This document shows, in pieces, positions 25,554-39,206 of a stretch of 64,000 bases of DNA. Source of the stretch: Spizellomyces punctatus DAOM BR117 (lineage: Eukaryota); the NCBI GenBank assembly GCA_000182565.2, contig KQ257461.1, one strand, 5' to 3'. Within the stretch, counting starts at the first letter, position 1, and the number at the start of each line of letters is the position of its first letter. Position numbers and translations under genes: made by a program. The notes beneath the pieces were generated by a model. That model saw only the letters and a program-made list of their open reading frames with translations. It had not been told where the DNA came from and ran no database searches.

Positions 25554-26153
25554 CGTTTTTTCAAAAAAAAAATGGAACTGAACCCGAAAATCCCATGCAA
25601 TAAATGTGAGAGAAAAGACGAGCTAGCTGGTGAATCACCCAGATAAGAGATCCATGTTATTTCGAAAAATGAACACTATTCCCCCCAAAAGTGCAATGAG
25701 GGCCATGTTGCTATTTTTGAATATCATGATCAATCCAAGGTAAGGGAATGGTTTTTTGACGAATTGCGGCGTTTCATAGATACTGATTTTCCTATTGTTG
25801 CTCTGGTAGATCTTGTTTTTGATCTACTATTAAAGTTATTTTGCTGACAAGGTGAGCCGTCAACTGGAAGATCCCAAAAGATGTCTGCCATCATCCAGTG
25901 TACTGGCCACAGTGAATGTCTATACTGTTTGTGCAGCGTTTTATCAAACTCCCAATGCAAGGACAAACAACGTTTCCCAAAAGAATGATTGGCCTTTCAA
26001 AACTAACTGTCACAGAAGATTGAAAACCTATATTAAAGAGTGGGAAAGAACCTAAAAAATAACCCCCAAGTTCATACATGCAAAACAAGGCAAATCATAA
26101 AGAAAAAAAAAAACACAGGCTACAAGAAGAAGAAAGACACTAATCGAACGGTA

Positions 26154-29100
26154 TTACCCAGACTTCCACATCACACTCCATCGATTCTTCATCTTTGAAC
26201 CCATAGATATCGATCTGGACCGCCCTTGCGTTTCCTCCTCCGTTGGGATTGGGGTCGGATTAGGATCTCCATAGTCATCAGGGTTTGGTAACGATTTCAG
26301 AGAGTGTTGTGAAGATACGGATCGATTGCTCAGGGATTCTTCGGATGGGCGGGGGCCCCGGACACGGGTGGGTGGTATGGGAAGGGCTGGTGGGCGTCGA
26401 GCTGAGTCGGGTTGAAGAAGGGCGGAGGATGAAGGGCCGGTTGAGCGGGAAAGGGGATGCGGAGGTGGAGGGTCAGCAGAACTGAGGGGGTCTTCTGAGC
26501 CCCGGCGGGAGTTGGGCCAGGACGTGTCCAAGGAATTCGATGAGTTTAGGGAGGAGGAACTTCGGAAGCGACGACGGCCTGATGCTGAGGCGGGGTCCGT
26601 CAATCCGTTATTGTTGCTGCTGCTGCTGCTGTTGCCGTTGTTGCTGTTGATATTAGTGTTGTTGTTGTTACTGTTATTGTTACTACTGCCAACACCCATC
26701 AGGGTTTTGATAAAACTCCGGCCTCCTCCGCTCTTTTTTCGTGTATGTGTTCGCGGTGAAGGCGGATCTCCAAAATAGTCACTTCTTTCACTTTTCGGCG
26801 TTGAGGCCTCCGTCGAGCGGGATCCGTGTCGCGGAGGTGGAACGGGCATTAAATTGGGAGATGGTGGTGAACGAAGCCCAATGTCAACATGTCCATTCAC
26901 CAAGTCCTCATCCTTCGCAAACAAAGATCCATAGTAACTCAACCCTTCTTCACCTAGTGAATGTAGAATGGTTTGCAAGTCATCAAAGGAGCCACTTGGT
27001 TCCGTCCGTTCAGTTCCTCTTGCTCCGTTTTCTACGCCAGGGAACATGGGCAAATCGATCTGTGGAGGCCGCTCGGCAACGATTCGCGCTGGGCCGCTTA
27101 CATCGCCTCCATTATCCCGCGGCTGATTGACAGTGATATTGGGTATTAGGCCTCGACCTTCCTCGCCGCGCAAAACGGCAAATGCCTCCGCAGTGCTATT
27201 CAGGGATGACTGTGAGGATGCCACTGAGGCAACCACAAATTCCGAATGAGCATTCTCCAAGATCCGCAACTCGCGCACGGTATCATCGACGATCGCGCAC
27301 ATTTGTGCAGACGGATGGTCGACCACAGCGTCAAGATTTTGCATGAAAAATTGATACAAATGTTCCGCATCTCGCCGGGCAACCCGTGCAGGACGCTTAG
27401 AAGGCGGCGAACGTACTGACCCACTCCCAGAGATAGTGGATATCCCATCAATGAAGGACTTCATGGCATCGATATTTGCCTCAATGAAAGAATTGCATTC
27501 TGCCATGTACGGTTCCTTGGATCCAAAGTCCGTCAAATTGGCCAAATTCTGCAGAATCTTTGCAATGAGGGTAAATGTCCGTGCCGTGGTCGCATCAGGA
27601 AAGTCAGGCATGAGCCCGAACAGTTTGGGGTTCAGAATTGCAGGACAAAAGAATCGCAAAAATATGAACCCGCTGATTGCTGCATAATGCACCGGCTGCT
27701 GTCCGCTCTCCCTGCTTTCATCGTTTTTCCATTTTTGGATAGTAGATTGCCGAATGTGAGCAAATATCTCAACAAGTTCTCGGGGACATTTCCGTACAGA
27801 TCCCGAAATAGAATCCCAGAATCCTCCAACGACAGTCCGTAGTCGCTTCCAGTTCCGTGAGAGCAGCTCCGGCTGTTCCACACGAGTTGGATCTACCTCA
27901 CATGATTCCTTCGATGCATATACTTGTCGGACAAGGAGGCCGATTGTATCGGACAGGTACTCCATGCCCACCATCTTCATGTACTGGTCAACAGCTTTAG
28001 TCGCAATCGTATTCCCCCTAAAGATAATGTTTGGGTTTTCGGTGCTTTGGATTTCCCCATCCAGGAACGTCTTGAGTCCCTGCATTTCCTCTTCCCTCGT
28101 TTTGAGGATGTTCATAAATACTTTGGCGACGGCTTCACGCTGCATGCCGCAAACGTTTCCTAAGATTCGAAGGCAGGTCAGGGATGGCTCCGTAACGTGC
28201 TCTATAAAGCGGTGATACTGTGATGCAGGGAGTAGTTCCTGAACGTTGAGACAAAATCCCACTCGGATTGACCCCCTCCATGCACCGTCCTCGGCATTCG
28301 GCCTAGGCAACTGTTTGATGGGGTACCATTGCTCGACACGAGTGCCAGGTTTCGCAGCGTTAAGGTTGATACTGATATAGCCCAAATCTCCATCTCGCTG
28401 CAATCGACTGTGGTTGAAGATGACCATACGCAACCTGGTAAAGTGTGAGCAAAGGTCGTCAAACTCGTACTCGTCACCCCAAAATGGGGCATCACCGCTC
28501 TTTGTCGTTGTCCTTGCTTGTTTGACGTCATCAAATAGGACAATGCAGTATGGATTGAGTCCTCCTAAACCCGGGGTGGACGGAAGTTCCTTGGCCTCCA
28601 GGACAGATAGTTGGAATGATCTTACAGTTAGATATCCTTCCTCGTCGCTGGCGGATGGAGCCGATGGGATCAATCGTTTTTCTCGTGCCATCATGCCTCG
28701 TACACAACAGAACGCAAACTTGCCCAATGCGCTCATCCAGTCCTCCTTTTCGTTGGCTGACTCTGCAATGAGATTGTAGGTCTGTCGGCCTTTTGAAGAG
28801 ACGCTGATGACTTGGAAGCAGTGGGGCCGGTTGAAGTAGCTGTCGTCGAGTCGATGCACTGCACTGTGTTTGACGGAGATGACCTCACGGGGTTTGAGGG
28901 CAGCCTCATTATCAAAACAGTAGAGTTCCTGCTCTTCTTCCATCAAGACAAAGTAGCTGGAAAGATCCCGTGCATCAGTGTCAATCCCATTCGCGATGCC
29001 GCAACAGTTCTATACTTACCGCGACTTCCATCCCGCAATGAAATCTCCTCTCTTCAACAACATTCTTCCCGCCTTCACAGGATTATGTAACATAGAAACC

Positions 29101-30492
29101 GAAACGTTATGCCCCTTCTTCCCGGGTTCATCCACCATATGCGTATCGACAAACTCTTCAATGTCCTCCTCCAAATCAATCTGTTGTAGTCGCTCGGTGA
29201 CGGTCTCTACAGCAAGCATACGAGTATCTCCATAGGTTTTCTCCAGGTACATAGAATCGACAAGAACTTTTTTAACCGAGGCAGAACGTTCAAGTTCTTT
29301 GGTCCGGATCTCATCGTACAGGACAGGAAGAAGCTGGCCATAATATTGCTCTTGAGCGTTTTTGCAGATCTCGCCGCAAACTTGAAGGGCTTCATTAGCA
29401 GCTTCTGCTTTGTCGGCTGCTGCCGCGGCACGGTTCGCCAACTAAAGAACGCCGCCACCAGATACGTTAGGCTTTTCCCAAAATATGCACAGCTTGGCCT
29501 CCAGCGAAATGCGTACCTTGTCTAGCTCTCTTTCCTTTGCTCCCACATTCACTCTAGCCTTCATGTGATTATTCTGGCTTTCTATCGCTTGATTTTGGAG
29601 GACGTCATACTCTTCTTTTGCCTACATAACGAAGAAGATGTAAATCAGGACGCGTTTGACTTCAAATCTCTAGCACAGACGACTCTACCTTTTTCAAGCT
29701 GGCATAGGCATCCTGCAGGTTCTTCAGGTATTCTGCGCCCCTCTCCACTTGCTAGAGCAGAATGAGCTCATATCCTGACGAGATCCAGAATACAATCAAT
29801 TACCATTTTCCGAACAACTTCCATGTCCTTTATCAGTACAGAAAACGGATCCAGTACGTTGTTCTGCATGCTAAGTGCAAGATTCCTCTGTATGGTATCA
29901 AGCATGAGGACGACACTCTTAGTTTTTGAGATTATAGAGTACAGCGACTCACATGGGATTCTGCGATTTTGGTTGTTTGATCCACATAATCGTAGAAGAC
30001 TTGCCATACAGATCTGAAAGCAATGCGGAAACCAATTAGAAAGCTATTCTAGGTTCTAACATTTCAGGAGAACCAATGGACGGCTGTAAAACGCACGTTT
30101 TGACCAATTGTTGCCTGATAGCTTCATCGACAGCTCCTGACGGTACATTCGATGATCCTCCTCGAAACAGCGTGGGTCCCTCTGCGGTTGATGACTTGTT
30201 CGCATTCGAAGCCGTAGCTCTTTGAAACCCTTGGGAAAGTTTGACTGAAAACATACAAATGCGCGTGAGAACCAATGAATTCCTTTTTAAGGTAACATGC
30301 GGACTCTATCACAAAGGTAGTTTTGGCGTATGACAGCTCCAAAAGCCTCCATTTGCAAAATCCCTTGAGCGACTTACATAACCCCTTTGCATACTCCATT
30401 TCCACCTGTGCCCGCTTTTTCAAAAAGCTGGCAAGATCCTTGCATTGCCGCACCGACTCTTCTGTATACTGGAGTACATTCGTGTAGGTCAT
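26154..30492 (-). CDS. F-BAR(FCH)-PH-C2-RasGAP multidomain protein (multi-exon; true start may lie upstream)
   Basis: FCH: CKDLASFLKKRAQVEMEYAKGL. PH: KAGRMLLKR...WKSRYFVL...EKEDWMSAL. C2: LNPYCIV...PFWGDEYEF. RasGAP: IFRGNTIATK, FLRFFCPAILNP, LIAKILQNLAN, KEPYM. Confidence 0.88.
26608..26690 (-). repeat. Coding microsatellite (poly-Asn/Ser)
   Basis: (TTG/CTG)n on the + strand encodes SSNNNSNNNNTNINSNNGNSSSSSNNN. Confidence 0.85.
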
Positions 30493-30768
30493 GCTGGTCA
30501 GACCAGCTTGGTCATATTATAAAGCGATGATCCAACCGGCAAACCCAGAACGACAAAATGCCCCGCAACAAAGAAACTTGTAGCAAAACAACCCAAACGC
30601 AACCGGCGGGAACCCCCCCCCCCCCAGCTGGTTGCACAATGGATAAGTCATGTGATTTATTAATTAACGTTATACACGTGATACATTGATGATTCATCAA
30701 ACTGCTGTCCATCCAACGAGGAATATAGTGTGGAGGTGATTGAAAATGGCACTAGGACCCATTATTAT

Positions 30769-30892
30769 CCGGATTAATCCGGTTAATCATATCGCATAAT
30801 CAGCACCCCCTCTAACTCAAAAACGGTGTGGCATGCATGTAATGTCTTTTTATTAAACTGCGGTGAGGCGCATGCCAAAGGTCTATAAAAGG
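30769..30892 (+). promoter_or_regulatory. Perfect palindrome CCGGATTAATCCGG and TATAAAAG box
   Basis: Palindrome at 30769-30782; TATAAAAG at about 30885 followed by a pyrimidine-rich tract. Confidence 0.5.
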
Positions 30893-31239
30893 GGAGCCTT
30901 TGCTCTCTCTCCCCTTCCTCACCAGTTCCTCGACTCTCAAACCATCTGCGCAACCCTCATCGCGACTGTCGGTCGAATCATGAGAATACAGATGTGGTGG
31001 TGTCGAGGACCTCGACCACCCGACAGCAACCGTGATCAGAACCAGCGGCAACCAATCGGATCCGATAACAAAACCTACTATTATGCTGCCACATTAGTTG
31101 AGCTTGGTTGGTATGTATCGATGGCATTTCTTGCATTTCTTGTCATCGGGTCATCTTCTGACATGCAGTTTTTAGTCTCCAAGCCTTTGTTACTGAACAT
31201 CCTCTGGCTTGTGACGCTGCCCAGTCGATTCGCTCCTGG

Positions 31240-31362
31240 ATGCAAGAGTCTGGCTTCAATGCCATCAAGAGTTCCAGATCAAGGCCTAGTAGGGACCGTG
31301 TGTGGTGGTGGGCAATTATCCGGTTAGAACAACCGTTACGTATTGCGTGTATAATTGCCTAG
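31240..31362 (+). CDS. Putative 40-aa small ORF ending in CaaX (CIIA)
   Basis: MQESGFNAIKSSRSRPSRDRVWWWAIIRLEQPLRIACIIA followed by TAG TAG TAG. Lies downstream of a TATA box and a putative intron (GTATGT...CTGAC...AG, about 31111-31175). Confidence 0.25.
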   Translation: MQESGFNAIKSSRSRPSRDRVWWWAIIRLEQPLRIACIIA

Positions 31363-32230
31363 TAGTAGCTTAGCTTTTCCGAACCGGTTGTCGCCGGTTT
31401 ATTCCCTGGTGTAGTAGCTAGTGCCAGTTTCTGTCACCTCTACACTACAAGCAGATCACCCTTTTGTTTGCCCAGAGGTGCTTGCTGATTGTAAAATGTC
31501 GCACATTGAGCGGTTTTTAATTGTCATGCACTGCCTGATGTCGAGCTTTTGGACCAACACATGTAAACTGATGTGGATGGTCATGAAGGTATAGAGGAGA
31601 AAGACCCGCAGCAAGTCGGTTCTCTTTTGCAGAGTCCATGATCCATCAAGCCTTTTGGCTCATGCCGTACTTATCAGGATTGCCCATCAACCTCACCCAT
31701 CAAGAGGAATCAAGCATTGGTTGGACGGCGCTTTGGCTCGTTGAACCATTTCCATTCATACCCTACTCAATCAATGAACAAACATGACCAAAAGCATCTG
31801 TTGTCAGTCTGTAGCTCATAGCCTGCCTTTAGCAATGAAGGCTCATCCAGTCTGGAATCACATCATAAAGTCGGAATCAGTCGGACGTGGCTTGCATGCC
31901 TACGTCACGCTCATTCTCACTTGTCATTGGCCGAGGAATAGGCCGGTACCTGCGCCACATGGACAATGGAGGGAGGATGATTGCTATGGAAAACTTCCAA
32001 CGGTTTGTCCCCAGCGCGTTTTGTTGAGGACGACGAAACAAGCCAAATCGCAGAGGATCAAAAAGGACATCCCTCCCATCAGCTTCCCTCATCCTCTTAT
32101 TTTATTATCCTCCTCCGCTTTCTTCCTCGGTTCTTGCGCTTGCGAGGTCGTTAGCAACTATTTCACATACCCACGGCATTTTTTTTGCATCCGTTCCCAT
32201 TCTTAACGCACCCCATTTCAACGATACACA

Positions 32231-33892
32231 ATGCTCTCATCCGCACGCGTAGTAACTCGTCCTCTTCTCCGCGCCCAAACCCGCTCATATGCGGTCCTAG
32301 CAGACGCTTACTCGGCCGTGGGGTACACCCGAAAGGGCGACCAACCCCTCCAGGCCCCCAAAGTCAATGCGACAGTGTCAAAGAGCGAGAGTGGCATCAC
32401 TATTGCGAGTGTGGACCATTTGGGCCCTGTGTCGACTTTGGCGCTTGTTGTGAATGCTGGGAGTCGATTTGAGAGTCCGGATGCTCCCGGTGTTGCGCAT
32501 TTCTGGAAGAACACGCTTGTCCGGGTGAGTGTGGGCTTTTACTGTAGGTGGACACGGCTCTTGGGTTTGTCTTCCATGCGAGACTGCCTGGGAGTTGCAA
32601 TTGGCTCGCACAGCGCATGAGTTTGGTTTTATACGGATCAGAAATTTCTTTTTAACGCATATATGTGTCCTTAGAACATTGCTGGTGACAATATCGTGAG
32701 GACGGTCCGTGAGACAGAGCTTCGTGGTGACACCCTGTACACGGAGCACACCCGTGAACAGATTATCCTTGCCTCTGACTTTTTGAGGGACAACCTGTGA
32801 GTCTAGTATCACGCATCAATGTGTATGTTACCCCGACTAAACTCTTTCTGCGACGGTCCAGTGTCGATGCAGTGCCTCTGTTGATTGACAACTTGTTCAA
32901 CAAGCAGTTTTACCCTTACGAGTTCCTTCAACACCGTCCTCAGGTCATTGAACAAGCGGCCGCCTCCCTCGCTGATCCTACAACCAAGGTCCTTGACTCT
33001 CTCCACCAAGCCGCTTTCCGGAACGGTCTTGGAAACTCGCTCTTTGCCAGCGCTCCCGCTGCCAAGGCGCTCAAACGTGCCCACTTGAACGAGTTTGCGT
33101 CCAAGTTCTTTACTGCGGACCGTATTGCCATTGTCGGACACGGTGTGTCGCACGACGATTTGAAACCTCTTGTTGAGGAGGCTCTTGCCAAGTACACTTT
33201 ACCAAAGGGCTCTGCCACTGCGGCTCCTAGCAAGTTCCGTGGTGGTGAAGTGAGGATCGAGGCAGGACCCAAAGCTGAGAGCCACTATGCTGTCGCATTC
33301 CCTTCCCTTGCCTACACGGATGCTCAGTACCCAGCTGCGTTGGTGTTGCGCGCCCTTCTAGACGGATCCAAGCGCCTCAAGTGGGGCAACCCCTCTGGAT
33401 CCGCTGGTTTGTTGGCGTCGGCTGCTACCCCCACGACCTCTGTGACTGCTTTTGAGGCTGGATACTCTGATGCTGGTTTGATTGGCTTTTACGTCCAAGG
33501 ATCTGCCAACGATGTCAAGAACGTTGCCTCCAAGAGCGTTTCTGTGCTCAAGGGCGTAGCTAGCAACGTTCCCTCCGATGCTCTTGCACGGGCCAAAAAG
33601 GTGGCTGTTGTAGATGCCGAGTCTGCATTGTCCCGCGGTGTTGCTGTCCAAGAGATTGGTAAGCGGGTGTTGGCGAGTGGACAGTACCTCTCGACTAGCC
33701 AGCTTGCGGATGCCATTGCCAAGGTTTCTGCAGCGGATGTGCAAAAGGTGTGTTCTTGTGAGAATGGTATGTTGTATGGCTCTGTTCTAATGTTGTGTGT
33801 TTTGATAGGTTGCGAAAGCGGCGATTGCTGCCCGTCCTGCGGCTGTTGCGTATGGAAACCTTCTCAAGCTCCCCTATCTTGACGAATTGTGA
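32231..33892 (+). CDS. QCR2: Cytochrome bc1 core protein 2 (M16 family), multi-exon
   Basis: Mitochondrial presequence; NAGSRFE..PGVAHF; IVRTVRETELRG; LHQAAFRNGLGNSL; YSDAGLIG; C-terminus AYGNLLKLPYLDEL*. Confidence 0.92.
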
Positions 33893-34387
33893 ATGCTATA
33901 TATAAAAATACATGCATGAAATTTTTAAACTTGTGTGGGCGCTTGAATTCTGGGTTTTTGGTGGATGGAGTAGAATTGTCCTTTTAGCGATGGGGAAGCT
34001 ATTTTTTAGTTCGCTTGTTTTCCTGTTTTTTTTTACAAACTGAAATGAACAAATGTGTGGGTGTGCTTTTCTGCTTGTTTCTATGCGATATGGAGAATTG
34101 GTTTTTGCAAGTTCATGCAAGTTTGAATTTGTTAAAGTAGGAAACGACATCCTGTGGTGTTGACCTTTACACTCGACACCAACAACTTTTATTCATACAC
34201 CCCGCCCCTCCTCCAATGGTCCAATTAAAATTACAACTGTATTACTTCTTGTACTACTACAGCTTGTATTGCCGACCGCGCCCACGTGATGTATTAATTG
34301 TGGCAACTGACCTTTTGAACTCGGTTTCGCGCACCTGCGTTTTTCCCCCCATTGCAGCATTATCATCTCCATCTTTATTTGCAAACA

Positions 34388-36255
34388 ATGCTCACCCGCC
34401 TTCTCCTCCTCCGCCGTCCCCCTCGGCCCTTCCATCACCTACAGCTAACACGCACATACTCCACACCCACCGAATCCGAATACAAACTCCACGAACCGCT
34501 TCTCCGCTCCTTGGGACTCAGTTACGAAAACCCTGGCGTCTATCACGGAAAATGGAGCGGAAACGGACCGACGATTGCGTCTGTGAACCCCGCTACGAAT
34601 CGGACGATTGCGACGATTCGGACAGGGACTCCCGAAAATGTACGAGAAGCCTTGGACTCGTTATCTGACGCGCAAAGGATTTGGAAAGGAGTTCCTATGC
34701 CTAAACGGGGAGAAATTGTTCGACAAATGCGGGATGAATTGGAAAGAAACAAAACGGCGCTTGGGACGTTGGTTTCTTTGGAAATGGGAAAGATTTTACC
34801 AGAGGGGTTAGGTGAAGTTCAAGAATACATTGATGTATGTGATTATGCTGTTGGGTTGTCTCGTATGATTGGGGGTCAGGTTTTGCCTAGTGAGAGGGTA
34901 GGACATTTTATGAAAGAGGTTTGGAACCCCCTTGGTAATGTTGGTGTTATTTCGGCGTTTAATTTCCCGGTTGCTGTTTATGGGTGGAATAGTGCTATTT
35001 CACTTGTATGTGGTAATACTGTGTTATGGAAAGGAGCGCCGACCACCACGTTATGTTCGATTGCTGTGACGAGGATGTTGGAGAGGGTTTTGGAGGCGAA
35101 TGGGTTACCCGGTGCCATTTGTTCGCTTGTTAGTGGGGATAAAGAGGTTGGTGAAGCTATTGTGAGGGATCGGAATGTGGATTTGGTGTCGTTTACTGGG
35201 AGTACTGCTGTGGGGAAATGGGTGGGTGGGGTTGTGCAAGAGAGGTTTGGAAAGTGTTTGTTGGAGTTGGGTGGGAATAATGCTATCATTGGTTTGTATT
35301 TTTGTTTGTCTTTCTCTTGTTTCTTTTCGTAACATTTTTTACAATTATTTCTATGTTAGTCATGCCAGATGCAGACCTAGACCTAGCTCTCCGCTCCGTC
35401 CTCTTTGCAGCCGTCGGAACCGCCGGACAACGCTGCACAACCACCCGTCGTCTCTTCCTCCATAAAGACATTCACGACGAGTTTGTAGAAAAATTAGTAA
35501 AAGCATACCAACAAGTCATTGTTGGGGATCCGTTGGATAGTAAAACGCTTTGTGGGCCTTTACATACCCGTCATGCTCTTACGCTGTATGAACAAGGGAT
35601 TCGGGATGTTCAAGATCAGGCAAGTTTTTTTTTGTTTCTTGATTTCGGTGTGTAAACATGTATTTCTGATATTGTTCAAGGGAGGTAAAATCCTTTATGG
35701 AGGAACTGTACTCGACAGACCAGGAAACTTTGTCGTACCCACTATCACAAGTATCGATCCCTCTGCAAGTGTGACTAAAAATGAGATTTTCGTGCCCATT
35801 TTGCATACCATGAAATTCTCGACACTCCAAGAGGCAATTCATTACAATAATGATGTTCGACAGGGGCTGTCAAGTAGTCTTTTTACAAAGTCTTTGGAAA
35901 ATGTGTTTGAGTGGACTGGACCGTTTGGGTCTGACTGTGGGATTGTTAATGTTAATATTCCAACGAATGGCGCTGAGATTGGTGGGGCGTTTGGGGGTGA
36001 GAAGGAGACAGGCGGTGGAAGGGGTGAGTTTCTTTTTGTTGTTGTTTTTGGAGAGTCATATGTTGACTTCTTTTTTTTTTTGATTGTTTAGAGAGTGGAA
36101 GCGATGCATGGAAACAGTACATGAGGCGTCAGACGTGGTATGTGTGCTGCTCGTGATTCATGCATGGTTGATTTTTGGATGCTGATAAAAAGCGATCTAG
36201 CACCATCAATTATTCGGGGGCATTGCCGTTGGCTCAAGGGATAAAGTTTGCCTAA
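34388..36255 (+). CDS. ALDH7: Aldehyde dehydrogenase family 7 (antiquitin / aminoadipate-semialdehyde dehydrogenase-like)
   Basis: [75 protein letters not shown]. Confidence 0.95.
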
Positions 36256-36381
36256 CTAGAAAAGAACTAGGAAAAAGATGTAAAACACAAATGTGTGTAC
36301 TCGATATATTTTGATGTGCAAGGAAACCCAAAATGTCTCAATGTTTTGCAAAAGAGTACACGATAATCTTTTCACTTTTGT

Positions 36382-39206
36382 TTACCAACTACCGCTCATG
36401 CCATTGTTGGGTTGATCACTATCACCTTCCTCGTTAGTGTCCTCATGAGTGGAAACAGGGTCGGTGCTGTCAGCTTGTCCCCATTTGCCCCCGCCATCAA
36501 CACCAGCGTTACCCCATGTAGCATCATCGTCATTGCCACTCGCGACTTGTTGTCCAAGCGGGGCGTACCCATCCGGAAGATCGCCCTCGAGATCCTCTTC
36601 TTTGAGTTCGTCCACAATGCCATTCTCGGGAGAGTCACTATCATCATGATGATTAATAGCCATCCGAGCTATGTCACTTGACAATACTGGTGGTACTTAC
36701 GGTGTTTCCTCATAATCTGGGCGGTATTCATTCAAAAACTCTGGAACAGTCTGCTCGGTTTCTCGCAGGACGCGAACCAGGTCCGTTGCAATATCTGAAT
36801 TGTTGTCATTAAAGAAGCTTGTTGCTGCTCCTTTGTTCCCAACGCGAGCAGTGCGTCCAATTCGGTGGATATAATCTATGCAAAAATGATAGGGTTGGTA
36901 CAAGGGGACTCGATGTGACTCCAAGTATATGTCGGAACTGTACCATCAATATTTTTAGGCATGTCATAGTTGATGACATGAACGACGTTCGGAATACTAG
37001 AAAGGCAAAGCATGGGTGAAAAACGCATTGACCAGATGTTGTGCATCTTTTTACGTACTCTAATCCTCGCGCTGCAAGATCCGTCGCAATCATAATAGGT
37101 TTACGCGCAGCCCTAAAAGCACTCAGTGCATCTTCACGTTCAGCTTGATTCCTCCCGCTGTGGACAGAGGTTACCGGGAACGAGTTGCTAAAGATATCGA
37201 GTTTTGAGATTAAAGTGGTCATCGTAAACCCCATCTTGAGCCAATAAGACTCATTTTGCTCACTTGTGCAAATAGTCGTCCAAGGTATCCGTAGCACGGC
37301 AAGTGTTGACAAAGATGAGTGTTAATCCGGCTTCTTGCTCATAGAGGAGATCAAGCAGAGCTCGCCGCTTGTCAAAATCATCGACTTTGAGGATCTAGTT
37401 AGACATTCAAAAGCATGAGGGATCGGGCAATGAGAGCCTACAAAAAATGTACTTTATACCGTCTGGGTAATATCGGTGGGCACTGTTCCCACTCTTCCGA
37501 CAGTAACAAGTAGGCAATCGCCCAAAAATTCTCGAGCAATTCTGCGAACCTGTGCGAGTCGTGATGAGCATCGATACACACTGGATCAACCAAGTAAAAT
37601 CAGCTAAATCTTACATTTTTCGGAAAGGTGGCGGAAAACAAGGCCGTTTGACGAGACTCCAAGTCGGCCGACATGTGCTGTTGGACGATCCGACGAATTT
37701 CCTGTTCAAAACCCAGCTCGAGAAGACTGGTCACAGAAAAGAGTCAGTCTCAACACAACACACAAGATACGTAAACGCCAAGAACATTACCGATCCGCCT
37801 CGTCAATCACCAGCCATCTGGCAAACCAAGTAATGAATACGTGCACACACGACACAAACCCTGAAAATCTTACTTGACATATTGCAAAGAAACTCTGTTT
37901 CTATCAATCATGTCCAGGAGCTTGCCCGGAGTAGCAGCCAGGATGTGGCATCCACGCTCCACATTTTGCATGAGCGAACGCGTGTTGGCGCCCCCATAGA
38001 GTACGGCAGGTTTGATCCAGGACTTGTAACTACCGAGACAAACGATATGTATGTATGTGAGATATGTGGGTCGTAGGCAAGTATTTGAGTGAAATGAGGT
38101 TTCATGTACGCGACCCAACGACATACAGACGAGGCAAACGGAATGCATCTGATACGTACCTAAACTTGCGACACTCATCAAAAATCTGACAGGCCAACTC
38201 ACGAGTTGGGGAAATAATCAATACCAAAGGTTCTGAAAACAAAAATAAGAATAATCAAAAAATATTCTTTGCACGTAATTAACAATGAAAATGAAAACAT
38301 ACTTGCATGACGATCAAACATGGACGTGGGTTTGGGACAGAGCTTTTCTTTACCCAACAAGAGCATTCGGTTGATTATAGGAATCAGATAGGCTGCCGTC
38401 TTTCCACTTCCTAAAATAAAGGTGAATTAATGAAAATGTTAAATCCCGATCTGCTTACGCGTCGCGATCATGTCGGATTACCATACCTGTCTGAGCGCAG
38501 GCCATCAAGTCACGGCGACTCGCCAGAATGGGAATAGCCGCCTTTTGAATCGGAGTAGGCTTGTTATATTTCATCAAACTTGTAATATTGTACTTGAGTC
38601 CCTCGTGCAGCTTAATGTCGTCAAACTTTAAAAAAAAAAAAGTTGAGCCTGGCGGTGGTGAAAAGAGGATTGCACATGGGCGAATACTTGCGCTTTCAAG
38701 CAACGGGGGAACGTCTTCTCCAGCAACTTTAATGGGGACATGACCCAACTGTTCAAAGTTGATTCCCGTATTGACCTTGTTTTTCTCATACAACTAGAAA
38801 AAGTTTAGAGACTTGTGAGTAAGTGATTTGCTAGAATGATAAAAGAGAGAAAGATGGCAACCGCCGCAGTCGCCCTACTGGATGGGGCAGCACACAAGAA
38901 TGTACACTTTAACATTTGCAGTCAGTAAGAACATACCTCTTGCTCTAGGGTCTCGTCCACTTCGCCTTCTTCCCACCGCCTGGCAGTACCAAACCAGACT
39001 CGTGCCTCTTCATCCACAGGCGGAAGATCAGAGCCTGAGCCAAACTTGTGCGTGCGCGTTTCTGCCGCGGGAGCGACAGGCTCTTGGTCAGGTTCCTCGG
39101 TGTGTCCATTTTCCAATCCGTTTTGCATATCGCTAGCAGGTCCCCATCCTTCAGTGCCATTGGTCTCCGTAGAACCTGGCTGGTCCCATCCATTTTTGTA
39201 TGACAT
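36382..39206 (-). CDS. DEAD-box RNA helicase, Ded1/DDX3/Vasa clade (many exons)
   Basis: Q motif PTPIQK, AQTGSGKT, SPTREL, TPGKL, DEAD, FSATF, ATDLAARGL, HRIGRTAR. Acidic C-tail ends in W. Confidence 0.92.

Noticed and set aside
36382-39206. Helicase marking a Mucorales-type sex locus
   Set aside because: No adjacent HMG-box gene or triose-phosphate transporter is seen.
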